From NCBI GenBank assembly GCA_024279575.1, contig JAJRRJ010000045.1, positions 1 through 36,620 on the forward strand: a DNA stretch of 36,620 nucleotides. The letters run 5' to 3'. Made by a program: the position numbers and the translations under genes. The stretch is from Alphaproteobacteria bacterium. Its GTDB lineage: Bacteria; Pseudomonadota; Alphaproteobacteria; Rhizobiales; Devosiaceae. The notes under the pieces are model-generated. The model was given only the letters and a program-made list of their open reading frames with translations. It was not told where the DNA came from and searched no databases. The first letter of the stretch is position 1. Every line of letters starts with the position of its first letter. Positions 27,643 to 36,620 of the stretch are shown in pieces.

Positions 27643-28806
27643 CTATTTGCGGAAAACTTCTTTCCAGTTTTCACTTTCAATTACTGAAATCACAATTTCA
27701 TTGGCTCCACTGTGATCTTCAGCCGTGTAGTTCATCTGACCACCCAGAATCTCATCAAAATAGTCCAGGCTTTCCATGCCAGCTCTGAATGTTTCTGAAT
27801 TCAGGTCAGGACCGGCAGCTTCAAGAGCCCGCACCATAACCTCAGCACCTGAACGCCCAAGCAATGCACCGGTGCTTGGAATTTGCTCACCGGATGCTGC
27901 CAGATAGCTCTGCACCCATTCGCCAACAGCAGGGTTGCCCATACGTGGCAAAACATCGGACCATACAGCAGCAGCGTAAAGTCCTTCAGTGATACCACCT
28001 GGGGCCTTGGCCATGACGGAATGGAAACCGGCAGCCGATGAAATAAAGCTTACATCAGTAAAACCGATCTTACCGGCGGTAGCGTAAGCTGTAATTGTCT
28101 GGCGAACGCCAAGAGCCATTGCAACGATCTGACAGTTGGCTTCTTTAAGCTTGCTCAGCGCGCCCACAAAATCCCCATCATCAGGGCGATGGGTTGTTTC
28201 AGCCGCATAAGTCAGCCCCAGTGCTTCTGCTTCATCCATTGCACCTGCTTGAATTTCTTTGCCGAAATCCGATGGAATAAACATGGCGCAAATATTGCTC
28301 GCACCTTTTTCTTCCACAAGGTAGGACACACCGGTTCTGATCTGGTCATAATAGGATGCGCCGGGCGAATAGCGGTAATCAATCGGCTCTTCCACCAGTT
28401 GGCGCGCCATAGTCAACGGAAAGACGTTGGGAATTTGTTTGGATGCCAATAGCGGGAAAGACGCAATATTCATTGGTGTACCCACTCCAAGGAACATCGC
28501 AAACACCTGATCACGGTTAACCAGTTTGTTCAAACCCGACGTCGATTTGGGCAACTGATAGCCATGGTCTTCAACGATGAACTTGATTTGACGACCATGC
28601 ACACCACCGTTGGCATTCACTTCATCAAAATACATTTGTGCAGCTTTTACTGCCGGAGCGCCAAAAGCTGCAAAAATACCGGACAAATCAGTGTTGGAAC
28701 CAATCCTGACTTCGGTGTCCGTCACCCCTTGAGTTTGCGCAAAGCTGCCGCTGGCAAGCAACGCGCCCACGCTAATCGCAGCTGCGAGTTTCAGTAAACG
28801 TTTCAT
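27643..28806 (-). CDS. periplasmic substrate-binding protein (Liv/HAAT-type), Sec signal peptide
   Basis: MKRLLKLAAAISVGALLASGSFAQ signal peptide, with GGGAG 6 nt upstream of the ATG at 28806. The ORF-track start at 28872 would overlap the ligase gene. The mature part looks Peripla_BP_6-like (VRIGSNTDLSG...VNANGGVHGRQIKF). Confidence 0.88.
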   Translation of the reverse strand: MKRLLKLAAAISVGALLASGSFAQTQGVTDTEVRIGSNTDLSGIFAAFGAPAVKAAQMYFDEVNANGGVHGRQIKFIVEDHGYQLPKSTSGLNKLVNRDQVFAMFLGVGTPMNIASFPLLASKQIPNVFPLTMARQLVEEPIDYRYSPGASYYDQIRTGVSYLVEEKGASNICAMFIPSDFGKEIQAGAMDEAEALGLTYAAETTHRPDDGDFVGALSKLKEANCQIVAMALGVRQTITAYATAGKIGFTDVSFISSAAGFHSVMAKAPGGITEGLYAAAVWSDVLPRMGNPAVGEWVQSYLAASGEQIPSTGALLGRSGAEVMVRALEAAGPDLNSETFRAGMESLDYFDEILGGQMNYTAEDHSGANEIVISVIESENWKEVFRK

Positions 28807-28822
28807 GTTAGTCTCCCTTTTT

Positions 28823-30736
28823 TTAAGAATTATACATTTGGTCAATAAGCGCTTTGTAGCGTTTTTCAACAAAGCCCCGCTTTAGTTTCATCGTTGCAGT
28901 CAACTCATCATCTTCCGCCGTCAATATTATGTCGATCAGGCGAAAATTCTTTATCTGCTCGACTCGGGCAAATTCCGTATTGACCTGCTCAATGATCGAA
29001 CCAATCAGTTCCTGCACTTCTTTGGTTGCACAAAGAGAGGCAAAATTGGAGAATGGCACTTTACGGTCCTGCGCAAATTTTTCAACATTTTCCTGATCTA
29101 TCATAACCAGACAAGTGAGGTATTTACGTTTGTCACCGATCACAACCACATCAGAAATATGGGCAAATGACTTAAGTTTGTTTTCAATCTGTGAAGGGGT
29201 AATGTTTTTGCCCCCCGCTGTAATAATGATATCCTTTAAGCGGCCAATAACGGAAAGAAAACCATCCTCATCAATGCTGCCAAGGTCACCAGTGCGCAAA
29301 AACCCGTCCTTGGTCATGGTCTCTGCCGTTTTCTTTGGCGCATTCCAATAACCGGGAAATACATTTCCACCCTTGAACTGAATTTCCCCCCCCTCTGAAA
29401 TCCGCAAAGTCACTCCGGGAATTGCCTGGCCCACAGTGCCATTTTTATTACGATCAACCATGTTGACGGTAGTGACCCCACCCCCTTCGGTTTGCCCAAG
29501 ACCTTCGACCAGATTAACTCCAATTGAGCGATACCATTTCAGCAAATCAGGAGAAATGGGTGCAGCACCGGTAATGGCACGTCGCACATTTCCCAGTCCA
29601 AGCATGCGGCGAAGGTTTTTCAAAACAAACAAATTCCAAAAACCATATCGCAATTGAACAAAAGCAGGCACAGGATTATTGGCAATCGTATAATCAGATC
29701 GTGCCTGCCCCGCTTCAAGAGCTCGCGCAAAGGCAAATTTCCCAAACGGCGTGCCGTCCTCAATCATTAACATAACGCGCGAATAAATTTTTTCCCACAC
29801 CCGTGGTACCGCTGTGAACACATCGGGCGCAACTTCCTGCATATTGTCAAAAATAGTCTCAGTACTTTCAACGAAGTTAACAATAGTTTTTGAAGCAATA
29901 GGTGAGTAAATTGAGGTATTACGTTCCAATACATGGCATAAAGGCAAAAAGCACAACTGCTCATCTTTTTCGAAATACGGCAGCACCCGAAGCGAAGAGC
30001 CAATAATAAACATGATATTGGAATTATTGATCATTGCACCTTTAGGCATTCCGGTGGTGCCCGAGGTATAAATCAGCAACCCCACATCCTCAGGGCGAGA
30101 CTTGGCAATTTCCTGCTCAAACCTGTCCGGATTTTCCTGATGCAGCTTTTCACCAAGATCATAAAGTTCATCCAGAAACATGGATTTTGGATGCTTAAAA
30201 TCATGCAGCCCATCCCGTTCCAGAATGATAACTTTCTCAATTGCAGTAATATCACCCTCAGACTCGAGGAACTTATCCAGCATTTCATCATTTTCAACAA
30301 ACAAGAACCGGCTGGTTGAGTCATTGAGCAAATAGGCCACCTGAGCAGGTGCATCTGTGGTATATATACCCGAAGCAATCCCCCCAACACATTGAATGCC
30401 TAAATCCATATAGGCCCATTCTTTGTTGTCCTCAGACAGAATAGAAACCACGTCCCCGCGTTTCAGGCCAAGCGCCACCAGACCAAGGCCAATACGCCGG
30501 GCGTGGTCAAAATAGTCATTCCAACTGTGGGAGCGCCAGATCCCAAGAACCTTTTCCCGATGAGCGGTACGCGCGCCCAACTCCTTGCAGCGCAGGGAAA
30601 ACAGCTTGCTTACCGTATCACAGCCATCCACAAAAAATGGTCCCTGATGCATATCCTCATTTGAGGAAACTCCCATAATTGTCACTTGAGGCGGCATGGG
30701 CGATACGCTGTTTTTATCGAGATGTTTGTTGCTCAC
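28823..30736 (-). CDS. AMP-dependent acyl-CoA synthetase/ligase (FadD-like) embedded in an ABC operon
   Basis: YTSGTTGMPKGA AMP-binding motif, TGDLGSIDEDGFLSVIGRLKD, and a C-terminal LKRGFVEKRY. The likely start is GTG 30736, preceded by AGGAGG and a 5-nt spacer. The frame is open to 30742. Confidence 0.9.
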   Translation of the reverse strand: MSNKHLDKNSVSPMPPQVTIMGVSSNEDMHQGPFFVDGCDTVSKLFSLRCKELGARTAHREKVLGIWRSHSWNDYFDHARRIGLGLVALGLKRGDVVSILSEDNKEWAYMDLGIQCVGGIASGIYTTDAPAQVAYLLNDSTSRFLFVENDEMLDKFLESEGDITAIEKVIILERDGLHDFKHPKSMFLDELYDLGEKLHQENPDRFEQEIAKSRPEDVGLLIYTSGTTGMPKGAMINNSNIMFIIGSSLRVLPYFEKDEQLCFLPLCHVLERNTSIYSPIASKTIVNFVESTETIFDNMQEVAPDVFTAVPRVWEKIYSRVMLMIEDGTPFGKFAFARALEAGQARSDYTIANNPVPAFVQLRYGFWNLFVLKNLRRMLGLGNVRRAITGAAPISPDLLKWYRSIGVNLVEGLGQTEGGGVTTVNMVDRNKNGTVGQAIPGVTLRISEGGEIQFKGGNVFPGYWNAPKKTAETMTKDGFLRTGDLGSIDEDGFLSVIGRLKDIIITAGGKNITPSQIENKLKSFAHISDVVVIGDKRKYLTCLVMIDQENVEKFAQDRKVPFSNFASLCATKEVQELIGSIIEQVNTEFARVEQIKNFRLIDIILTAEDDELTATMKLKRGFVEKRYKALIDQMYNS

Positions 30737-30745
30737 TGCCACCTC

Positions 30746-31522
30746 CTATCGCCACGTCTTGCGTTGTTTCCAACGCCTTGTGCCACGCTCGGTCTGCTCA
30801 CGCACCCCAAGGTAAAATGCCTGAATGTCTTTGGAATTTTGCAAAACCACCGCCTCATCTGACATGACGATACCACCCAGCTCCATCACATAACCATAGT
30901 CGGCAACCTCAAGTGCCACCCGCGCATTTTGTTCAACCAGTAACATGGTGACTTTTTGCTCTTCATTCAGGCGTTTGAGAATGACAAAAATCTCTTCAAC
31001 CAAAATAGGAGAAAGGCCCAGACTGGGCTCATCAAGCAACATCACTTTTGGAGCGGCCATGAGCCCGCGCGCAATGGCCAACATCTGCTGTTGCCCCCCT
31101 GAGAGCGTCCCCGCCGCCTGTTTTGCGCGTTCCCCAAGTATGGGGAAGTAGGAATAAACCATCTCCAGATCACGGGCAATTCCACCCTTGTCAGAACGGG
31201 AATAGGCACCAATCTCCACATTCTCAGCCACACTGAGCAATGGAAAAATTTCGCGCCCCTCAGGCACATGAACCAATCCCTGTTTGACGATGGCGTCTGC
31301 CTCGCTCCTGTGGATCGGCTGCCCATTCATGTGAATAGTACCCTTGGCTGCACTCATCACGCCCGAAATGGTTTTCAGCAATGTCGTTTTACCAGCGCCA
31401 TTGGCCCCAAGAATTGTAACGATCTGCCCTTGGCGGACCTCCAGGGATACACCCCGAATAGCCATAATAGGCCCATAATAGGCCTCCAGATTTTCCACTT
31501 GCAAAACAGCAGTTGCGCTCAT
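30746..31522 (-). CDS. ABC transporter ATP-binding protein (LivF-type) with a basic C-terminal tail
   Basis: GANGAGKTT, LSGGQQQMLAIARGL, MLLDEPSLGL. The tail is ERGTRRWKQRKTWR. Confidence 0.92.
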   Translation of the reverse strand: MSATAVLQVENLEAYYGPIMAIRGVSLEVRQGQIVTILGANGAGKTTLLKTISGVMSAAKGTIHMNGQPIHRSEADAIVKQGLVHVPEGREIFPLLSVAENVEIGAYSRSDKGGIARDLEMVYSYFPILGERAKQAAGTLSGGQQQMLAIARGLMAAPKVMLLDEPSLGLSPILVEEIFVILKRLNEEQKVTMLLVEQNARVALEVADYGYVMELGGIVMSDEAVVLQNSKDIQAFYLGVREQTERGTRRWKQRKTWR

Positions 31523-32295
31523 TCTTTTGCCCCCCCCGTTCCACCAAGGTAGGCCTTGATTACATCAGGATGCGACTGCACCTCAGAAGGCGTGCCAATG
31601 GCCAGTTCTTTGCCATCTGCCAGCGCCAAAACACGGTCTGAAACCGCTGACACCAAATTCATGTCGTGCTCAACCATAAGCACAGTAATGCCCATTTGCT
31701 TTTTGATGTCCTCAATCCAGAAAATCATGTCCTGCGTTTCTTCAACCGACAAACCCGAAGCCGGTTCATCCAGCAAAAGAACTTTTGGCTCGGTTGCCAG
31801 CGCACGCGCCAGTTCAACCACTTTGCGCACCCCATATGGCAATCCGGCAATGTACTTGTCGCGATAGGCCTGCAATTCCAAAAAGTCGATAACCTCTTCA
31901 ACCACTGCCCGGTGCCGTCGTTCTTCATCTCGAACTGAAGGGGAAAAAATCAACTGAGACAATAAGCCGTTTTTTGCATGTCGCTGTCGCCCCACAAGCA
32001 GGTTTTGCAACACCGTGGATTGTTCAAACAATTCAATATTTTGAAACGTGCGCGCAATACCAAGGGAAGGCACCTGATCAGGACGCTTGTTCAAAATTGT
32101 TTCACCGTTAAATAAAATATCCCCTTTTGCAGGAGTGTAAAACCGGGAGATCAGATTAAAAATTGTCGATTTTCCCGCCCCATTGGGCCCCACCAACGCA
32201 AAAACCTCGCCCTCACCCACATGGAAAGATACATTGTTGACCGCAACAAGCCCGCCAAATCGAAGCGTTACATTTTCAAGGGTCAGCAAACTCAT
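31519..32295 (-). CDS. ABC transporter ATP-binding protein (LivG-type)
   Basis: GPNGAGKST, LPYGVRKVVELARAL, LLLDEPASGL. Confidence 0.92.
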   Translation of the reverse strand: MSLLTLENVTLRFGGLVAVNNVSFHVGEGEVFALVGPNGAGKSTIFNLISRFYTPAKGDILFNGETILNKRPDQVPSLGIARTFQNIELFEQSTVLQNLLVGRQRHAKNGLLSQLIFSPSVRDEERRHRAVVEEVIDFLELQAYRDKYIAGLPYGVRKVVELARALATEPKVLLLDEPASGLSVEETQDMIFWIEDIKKQMGITVLMVEHDMNLVSAVSDRVLALADGKELAIGTPSEVQSHPDVIKAYLGGTGGAKE

Positions 32296-33389
32296 TTCAT
32301 ACGCTCGGTTTTCAGGAAAGACTTCTGCCGTTTGAACATGCCTTTGCGATAGAACGGAAAAAGTTCAAAATAAGTACGTATTTTGACCCATCGCCCGTAA
32401 ACACCCAACGGTTCAAAAAGTACAAAACAAATCAGAATGACAGCAAACACCCCTGATTCAATTCCAGGAATTGTTACAGACCCAAGGGAAAAAATGTTGG
32501 ACAAGCCATCCCGTGTCATGGCTATGACCTGAGGCAAAAACCCGATGATCAACGCGCCGAAAAATGCGCCGTGTATTGAGCCCAACCCACCAATTACAAT
32601 CATCAAAAACAACTGGATTGAAAGCACGATGTTAAATGTCTCATGATTAAATGCACCGGCAAACAGGCCAAGCAATGAACCGGCCATGCCAACAATTGCG
32701 CACGAAATACCAAAAGAAATGGCCTTGGTTTTAGTGATATTCACCCCCATTGCCTGCGCTGAAATTTCTGAATCTCGAATAGCAACAAACGCCCGCCCCA
32801 ATGGTGCGCGCATCAAATTGCGATAAGCGCCCAGAACAACCAGCGTCACCCCAAGCGTCAGAAAATAAAACAAATCCGGCGTGCCATAACGGTTTATTGA
32901 AACACCAAATATGTCAAATGCCGGTGCAGACAGTCCGCTAACCCCTCCGGTCCAGGGCGCGGCAATTACAATAATATCTTCACTCAGCACAGATATGGCC
33001 AATGTGGCAATCGCCAGATAAATACCATGCAGACGCAAAACCGGAAGCGCCACAATAACGCCTACAACGCCGGTAATCAGCCCGGCAAGGGGAAATGCAA
33101 TAATAAAGGGCACGCCATTTTGCAACAAAATCACATTGGAATAACACCCCAATGCCATAAAGGCGGCATGCCCAAGGCTAACCTGCCCCGTGTGCCCGGT
33201 CAAAACCATCAACCCCATGCCTGCAATCGCCCAAATCAGTACGTTGGTCGCTTCGCCGAGGAAAAAGTCATCCAGAAGCCAGGGCAACGCCACAACCAGC
33301 ACCAGCAAAGCCAAATACCAAAACATCTGGGGTCGGTGCTTAAAGAGCCTGATGTCATCGTCATAGGAACGTTTGAAAACAAAACGCAT
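32292..33389 (-). CDS. ABC transporter permease (LivM-type)
   Basis: 365 aa, polytopic, with GHTGQVSLGHAAFMALGCY. Confidence 0.9.
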   Translation of the reverse strand: MRFVFKRSYDDDIRLFKHRPQMFWYLALLVLVVALPWLLDDFFLGEATNVLIWAIAGMGLMVLTGHTGQVSLGHAAFMALGCYSNVILLQNGVPFIIAFPLAGLITGVVGVIVALPVLRLHGIYLAIATLAISVLSEDIIVIAAPWTGGVSGLSAPAFDIFGVSINRYGTPDLFYFLTLGVTLVVLGAYRNLMRAPLGRAFVAIRDSEISAQAMGVNITKTKAISFGISCAIVGMAGSLLGLFAGAFNHETFNIVLSIQLFLMIVIGGLGSIHGAFFGALIIGFLPQVIAMTRDGLSNIFSLGSVTIPGIESGVFAVILICFVLFEPLGVYGRWVKIRTYFELFPFYRKGMFKRQKSFLKTERMK

Positions 33390-33398
33390 GGCTGAAAT

Positions 33399-34274
33399 TT
33401 ACACCTTCTTGTTTTGCATTTGAGCAAAAAGACCCGCCGGACGAAAAATCAACACCAGCAACATAATCGCATAAGGGGCAATCTGAGAATAGCCAGCTGG
33501 CAGGGCATAGGCGGCAAACGGCTCCACCATACCAATGATAAGCCCCCCGATCAGTGCACCCGGTAGCGAACCAAACCCACCGATAACAGCAGCTGCAAAT
33601 GCCTTGATGCCTAAAAGTCCGGTTGAGGGATCAATGGCTCCCTTGGAGGCAAACAGAATACCTGCAACTGCAGCAACCGCGCCCCCCAATGCCCAAACAA
33701 GGCTTTGAATTCGCTTGACGGGGATGCCCACATAATAGGCCGCCAGCTGGTTTTGCGACGCCGCCTGCATGGCTTTACCCAACTTGGCCCGCCGAAAGAA
33801 CAAAAACAGGAAACCCGTCAGCAACAGCGTGACAATAATCACGGCTATTTCTTCATATCCCAGCACAATGCCACCAACATTGGCAATGCCTCCGGCAAAT
33901 GGTGTTTCGAGCAATTGCGGCTCATGGGTCCAGATTGCACCAACCGCAAACCGCAAGACAAAGCCAATAGCGATGGTGAGAATAACAACGGCAATTTGTG
34001 GTTGTCCAAACAGTCGGCGCACCACAAGGACATCCAGCAAATATCCAAATATACCCATCATCACAATAGCAATGGGAACCGCAACCCAGAAATTCAGGCC
34101 CATATATTCAGCATTAACCAGCCAGATGGTGATGAACGCACCTAGCATCATAAAATCGCCCTGGGCGAAATTAACAGCCTCTGTTGCCTTGTATATCAGA
34201 ACAAACCCAAGCGCGATCAGCCCATAGACACAGCCGTTTGCCAACCCGCTCACTACCAGTTGCATAATATCCAA
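33399..34274 (-). CDS. ABC transporter permease (LivH-type)
   Basis: 291 aa. N-terminus MQLVVSGLANGCVYGLIALGFVLIYKATEAVNFAQGDFMMLGAF. Confidence 0.9.
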   Translation of the reverse strand: MDIMQLVVSGLANGCVYGLIALGFVLIYKATEAVNFAQGDFMMLGAFITIWLVNAEYMGLNFWVAVPIAIVMMGIFGYLLDVLVVRRLFGQPQIAVVILTIAIGFVLRFAVGAIWTHEPQLLETPFAGGIANVGGIVLGYEEIAVIIVTLLLTGFLFLFFRRAKLGKAMQAASQNQLAAYYVGIPVKRIQSLVWALGGAVAAVAGILFASKGAIDPSTGLLGIKAFAAAVIGGFGSLPGALIGGLIIGMVEPFAAYALPAGYSQIAPYAIMLLVLIFRPAGLFAQMQNKKV

Positions 34275-34461
34275 CTTCGCAGCCCTCCCTAAATATGCAC
34301 GACGTCACTTTGACAAAGGATCTTCATTTCGAACATTTCAGACAAGAAACCACATTCACGCAATAAGGCCAAGGCCAAAATATATTTCAACACAGTTCAA
34401 TGATGTGAGCGTACTTGCCAAAGGTGCACACGTTGAAGCAAAACGTCTCGCTTTGGGTCGT

Positions 34462-35271
34462 TTACTGCGCCGTCCATCCCCCATCAACCGGAATGGAGGT
34501 TCCAGTAATGTTGTGGGCATTTTTACTGCACAACCATAAGCAAAGCTCGCCGATTTCGCTGGGGTCTGAGGTGCGTCGTGAGGGTTGTTTCTCCGCCAGC
34601 AACGCCGCAACCCCTTTTTCCCTGTCGCCCCCGAACTCCGCCGAACGTGCATCAATTTGAGGTTGAATCAATTGTGTTTCCGTCCAGCCAGGATTGATAC
34701 AATTCACCGTAACGCCGCCGCTGGCTTTACTGCCGACAGCAGCATATTCCAATGCAGCCACCTTGCTCAATCCTACAAGTCCAAATTTTGACGCCACATA
34801 CGGCGCCTTGTTGACAGAGGCCACAAGACCGTGAACCGATGCAATATTTATCACCCGCCCATATCCGTGTTTCGCCATTTTTGGCATGAGAAATCGCATG
34901 GTATGAAATGCAGCACTTAGATTTACCGCAAGGATATCATTCCAGATTTCCCCTGTGGCATCCGCCAGCGAGGTAGTGATCTGCATGCCCGCATTATTGA
35001 CAAGTATGTCAATATGGTTCCAGGAAGTCAGCTTTTCCAACATTTCAGAAATAGCCGCCTCATCGCGCAAATCAGTGTCAAAAAATATGACATCGCCCGC
35101 CCCCGCTTCACGCAACACAGCCAAAGTCGCTTCCGATTGCTCTTTGCCGGCCAACCCGTGTATCGCCACATTGGCCCCCGCCCCAGCAAGGCACTTTGCC
35201 ACCCCCAACCCAATCCCCTGCACTGAGCCGGTTATAAAAGCAGTTCGATTTTTTAACCGTTGTTCGTTCAT
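34462..35271 (-). CDS. bdhA: 3-hydroxybutyrate dehydrogenase (SDR family)
   Basis: TGSVQGIGLG cofactor motif, YVASKFG (YxxxK) and a C-terminal PVDGGWTAQ characteristic of BdhA. The frame also has an ATG at 35280, but GGAG spacing favours 35271. Confidence 0.85.
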   Translation of the reverse strand: MNEQRLKNRTAFITGSVQGIGLGVAKCLAGAGANVAIHGLAGKEQSEATLAVLREAGAGDVIFFDTDLRDEAAISEMLEKLTSWNHIDILVNNAGMQITTSLADATGEIWNDILAVNLSAAFHTMRFLMPKMAKHGYGRVINIASVHGLVASVNKAPYVASKFGLVGLSKVAALEYAAVGSKASGGVTVNCINPGWTETQLIQPQIDARSAEFGGDREKGVAALLAEKQPSRRTSDPSEIGELCLWLCSKNAHNITGTSIPVDGGWTAQ

Positions 35272-35348
35272 TATTACCATGCTCCAGCTCGTGTTGCCCC
35301 AAAGTTTAGGTCAACATATCAAGCTTCACAACACCCACAAAACCGCCT

Positions 35349-35750
35349 TTAAAGAATGTCCTTTTTCCCATCCGACAGGTTAGCAAGAATGGGACAGTCC
35401 GGGCGATTGTCCCCGTGACAATTTTCCACCAGATGGGCAAGGGTTTCCTGAATTTCATGCAACTCAACCAGTTTGCGTTCAACTTCCTTGAGTTTAGTTC
35501 GGGCCAACGCACGAACGTCGGCACTGGCCCTGGATTTATCCTCATACAGCGCCAGCAATTGCCGACACTCATCAACTGAAAACCCAAGGCTGCGCGCCCG
35601 CTGAATGAATTGCAGCTTGTGCACATCAATCTGGGAATAATTGCGATATCCGTTTGCGCTGCGCTCGGGAGTTACCAGTTCAATTTCTTCGTAATAGCGA
35701 ATGGTTTTTGCCCGAAGTCCGGCCTTTTCAGATGCGGTTCCAATATTCAT
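35349..35750 (-). CDS. cueR: Cu(I)-responsive MerR-family regulator (CueR/HmrR)
   Basis: MerR HTH (MNIGTASEKAGLRAKTIRYYEEIEL) and the C-terminal metal loop CHGDNRPDCPI. Its ATG overlaps the copA stop (ATGA). Confidence 0.9.
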   Translation of the reverse strand: MNIGTASEKAGLRAKTIRYYEEIELVTPERSANGYRNYSQIDVHKLQFIQRARSLGFSVDECRQLLALYEDKSRASADVRALARTKLKEVERKLVELHEIQETLAHLVENCHGDNRPDCPILANLSDGKKDIL

Positions 35751-36620
35751 GCAGGGATAGCCTCCAGTTTCATTTTTTCTGTATGGGTTTTATCTTCCCT
35801 GATTTTGGGCTGGATAAAGCGCAATCGCAATGCATTTGTAAGCACAAACACACTGGAAATAGCCATTGCCCCTCCAGCCAGTATTGGCGAAAGTGTAATA
35901 CCGAAGAAAGGAAACAACACCCCGGCTGCCACCGGAATAAGCGCCACATTATAAGCAAACGCCCAAAACAGGTTCTGTTTGATATTGCGCATGGTCCGCG
36001 CGGACACTTCAAACGCATTCACAACACCGCTCAAATCTCCGCTCATCAACACAACGTCTGCCGCTTCGATAGCGACATCTGTTCCGGTACCAATAGCTAT
36101 CCCCACGTCCGCATGGGCAAGTGCCGGCGCATCATTTATGCCATCGCCCACAAAGGCAATTTTGCCCCCCTCTTTGCCACTTGCCTCATTAAGCTCCTTT
36201 AAGACCGCAACTTTCCCATCAGGCAACACCTGCGCAAAAACATGATCAATGCCAATATCACGGGCGATTGCTTCGGCAGTTTTGGTATTATCCCCTGAAA
36301 TCATTGCAACTTTCAGGCCCAAATCATGATGGGCGGAAATTGCATTCTTTGTCGCTGGTTTAAGAGGATCAGACACCGCGATCACTGCGGCAACCTTGCC
36401 ATCAATCGCAACAAACAAAGGTGTTTTGCCACTTTGCGCCCACTCGGACCCAAATTTATCCAACCCTTCAAGGGAGATGTTTTCACGATCCAAAAGGCGA
36501 TCCGCGCCCACAAAAACCTCGTGCTTTTCAACTTTGGCACGCACACCAAACCCGGTAATGGATTCAAAATCTGTCGCTTTTGGTCCTGAAATATTCTCAT
36601 CCGCCGCCGCCTGCACAATA
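35747..36620 (-). CDS. copA: copper-translocating P1B-type ATPase, C-terminal part (N-terminus lies beyond the window)
   Basis: VAMISGDN, GDGINDAPALAHADVGIAIG hinge motif, and two C-terminal TM helices. The ORF runs off the right edge of the window. Confidence 0.93.
   Translation of the reverse strand, partial: IVQAAADENISGPKATDFESITGFGVRAKVEKHEVFVGADRLLDRENISLEGLDKFGSEWAQSGKTPLFVAIDGKVAAVIAVSDPLKPATKNAISAHHDLGLKVAMISGDNTKTAEAIARDIGIDHVFAQVLPDGKVAVLKELNEASGKEGGKIAFVGDGINDAPALAHADVGIAIGTGTDVAIEAADVVLMSGDLSGVVNAFEVSARTMRNIKQNLFWAFAYNVALIPVAAGVLFPFFGITLSPILAGGAMAISSVFVLTNALRLRFIQPKIREDKTHTEKMKLEAIPA

Noticed and set aside
34356-34655. 99-aa minus-strand ORF spanning the bdhA 3' end and the downstream intergenic region.
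   Set aside because: It overlaps bdhA in a different frame and is Arg/Ala/Pro-rich, as expected for an off-frame translation. It has no SD.

Overview
This is a gene-dense chromosomal segment of 36.6 kb with about 38 CDS. I found no rRNA, tRNA, CRISPR array, transposase or integrase. The gene content points to an alphaproteobacterium with moderate GC: MipZ, DUF3572 and DUF1489 proteins, and a DinB with an N-terminal 4-Cys ribbon. Left to right the blocks are as follows. (1) A tightly packed plus-strand operon of DUF3572, dinB, a RidA-like gene, a GDPD-family gene, a DUF482-type gene and a HIT-family gene. (2) clpS-clpA on the minus strand. (3) A D-Ala-D-Ala carboxypeptidase carrying a SPOR domain, an orphan ORF, then mipZ, a DUF1489 gene and a GST gene. 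(4) mgtE followed by a possible 33-aa membrane peptide. (5) The most interesting part: a minus-strand operon of a Tat-signal binding protein, two permeases, two ATPases (Liv/HAAT-type ABC importer) and acs. It sits divergent from a ScfR/RamB/PrpR-type acyl-CoA regulator that is interrupted by one in-frame TAA. That regulator is followed by a translationally coupled trio of stand-alone receiver, 2-TM peptide and SLC5-symporter-fused histidine kinase. (6) mobA-mobB. (7) A second Liv/HAAT ABC operon with an embedded acyl-CoA ligase and its own binding protein, preceded by a 3-hydroxybutyrate dehydrogenase gene. (8) A copA (partial) and cueR pair. Functional calls rest on motifs I can read in the translations. 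No database search was run.
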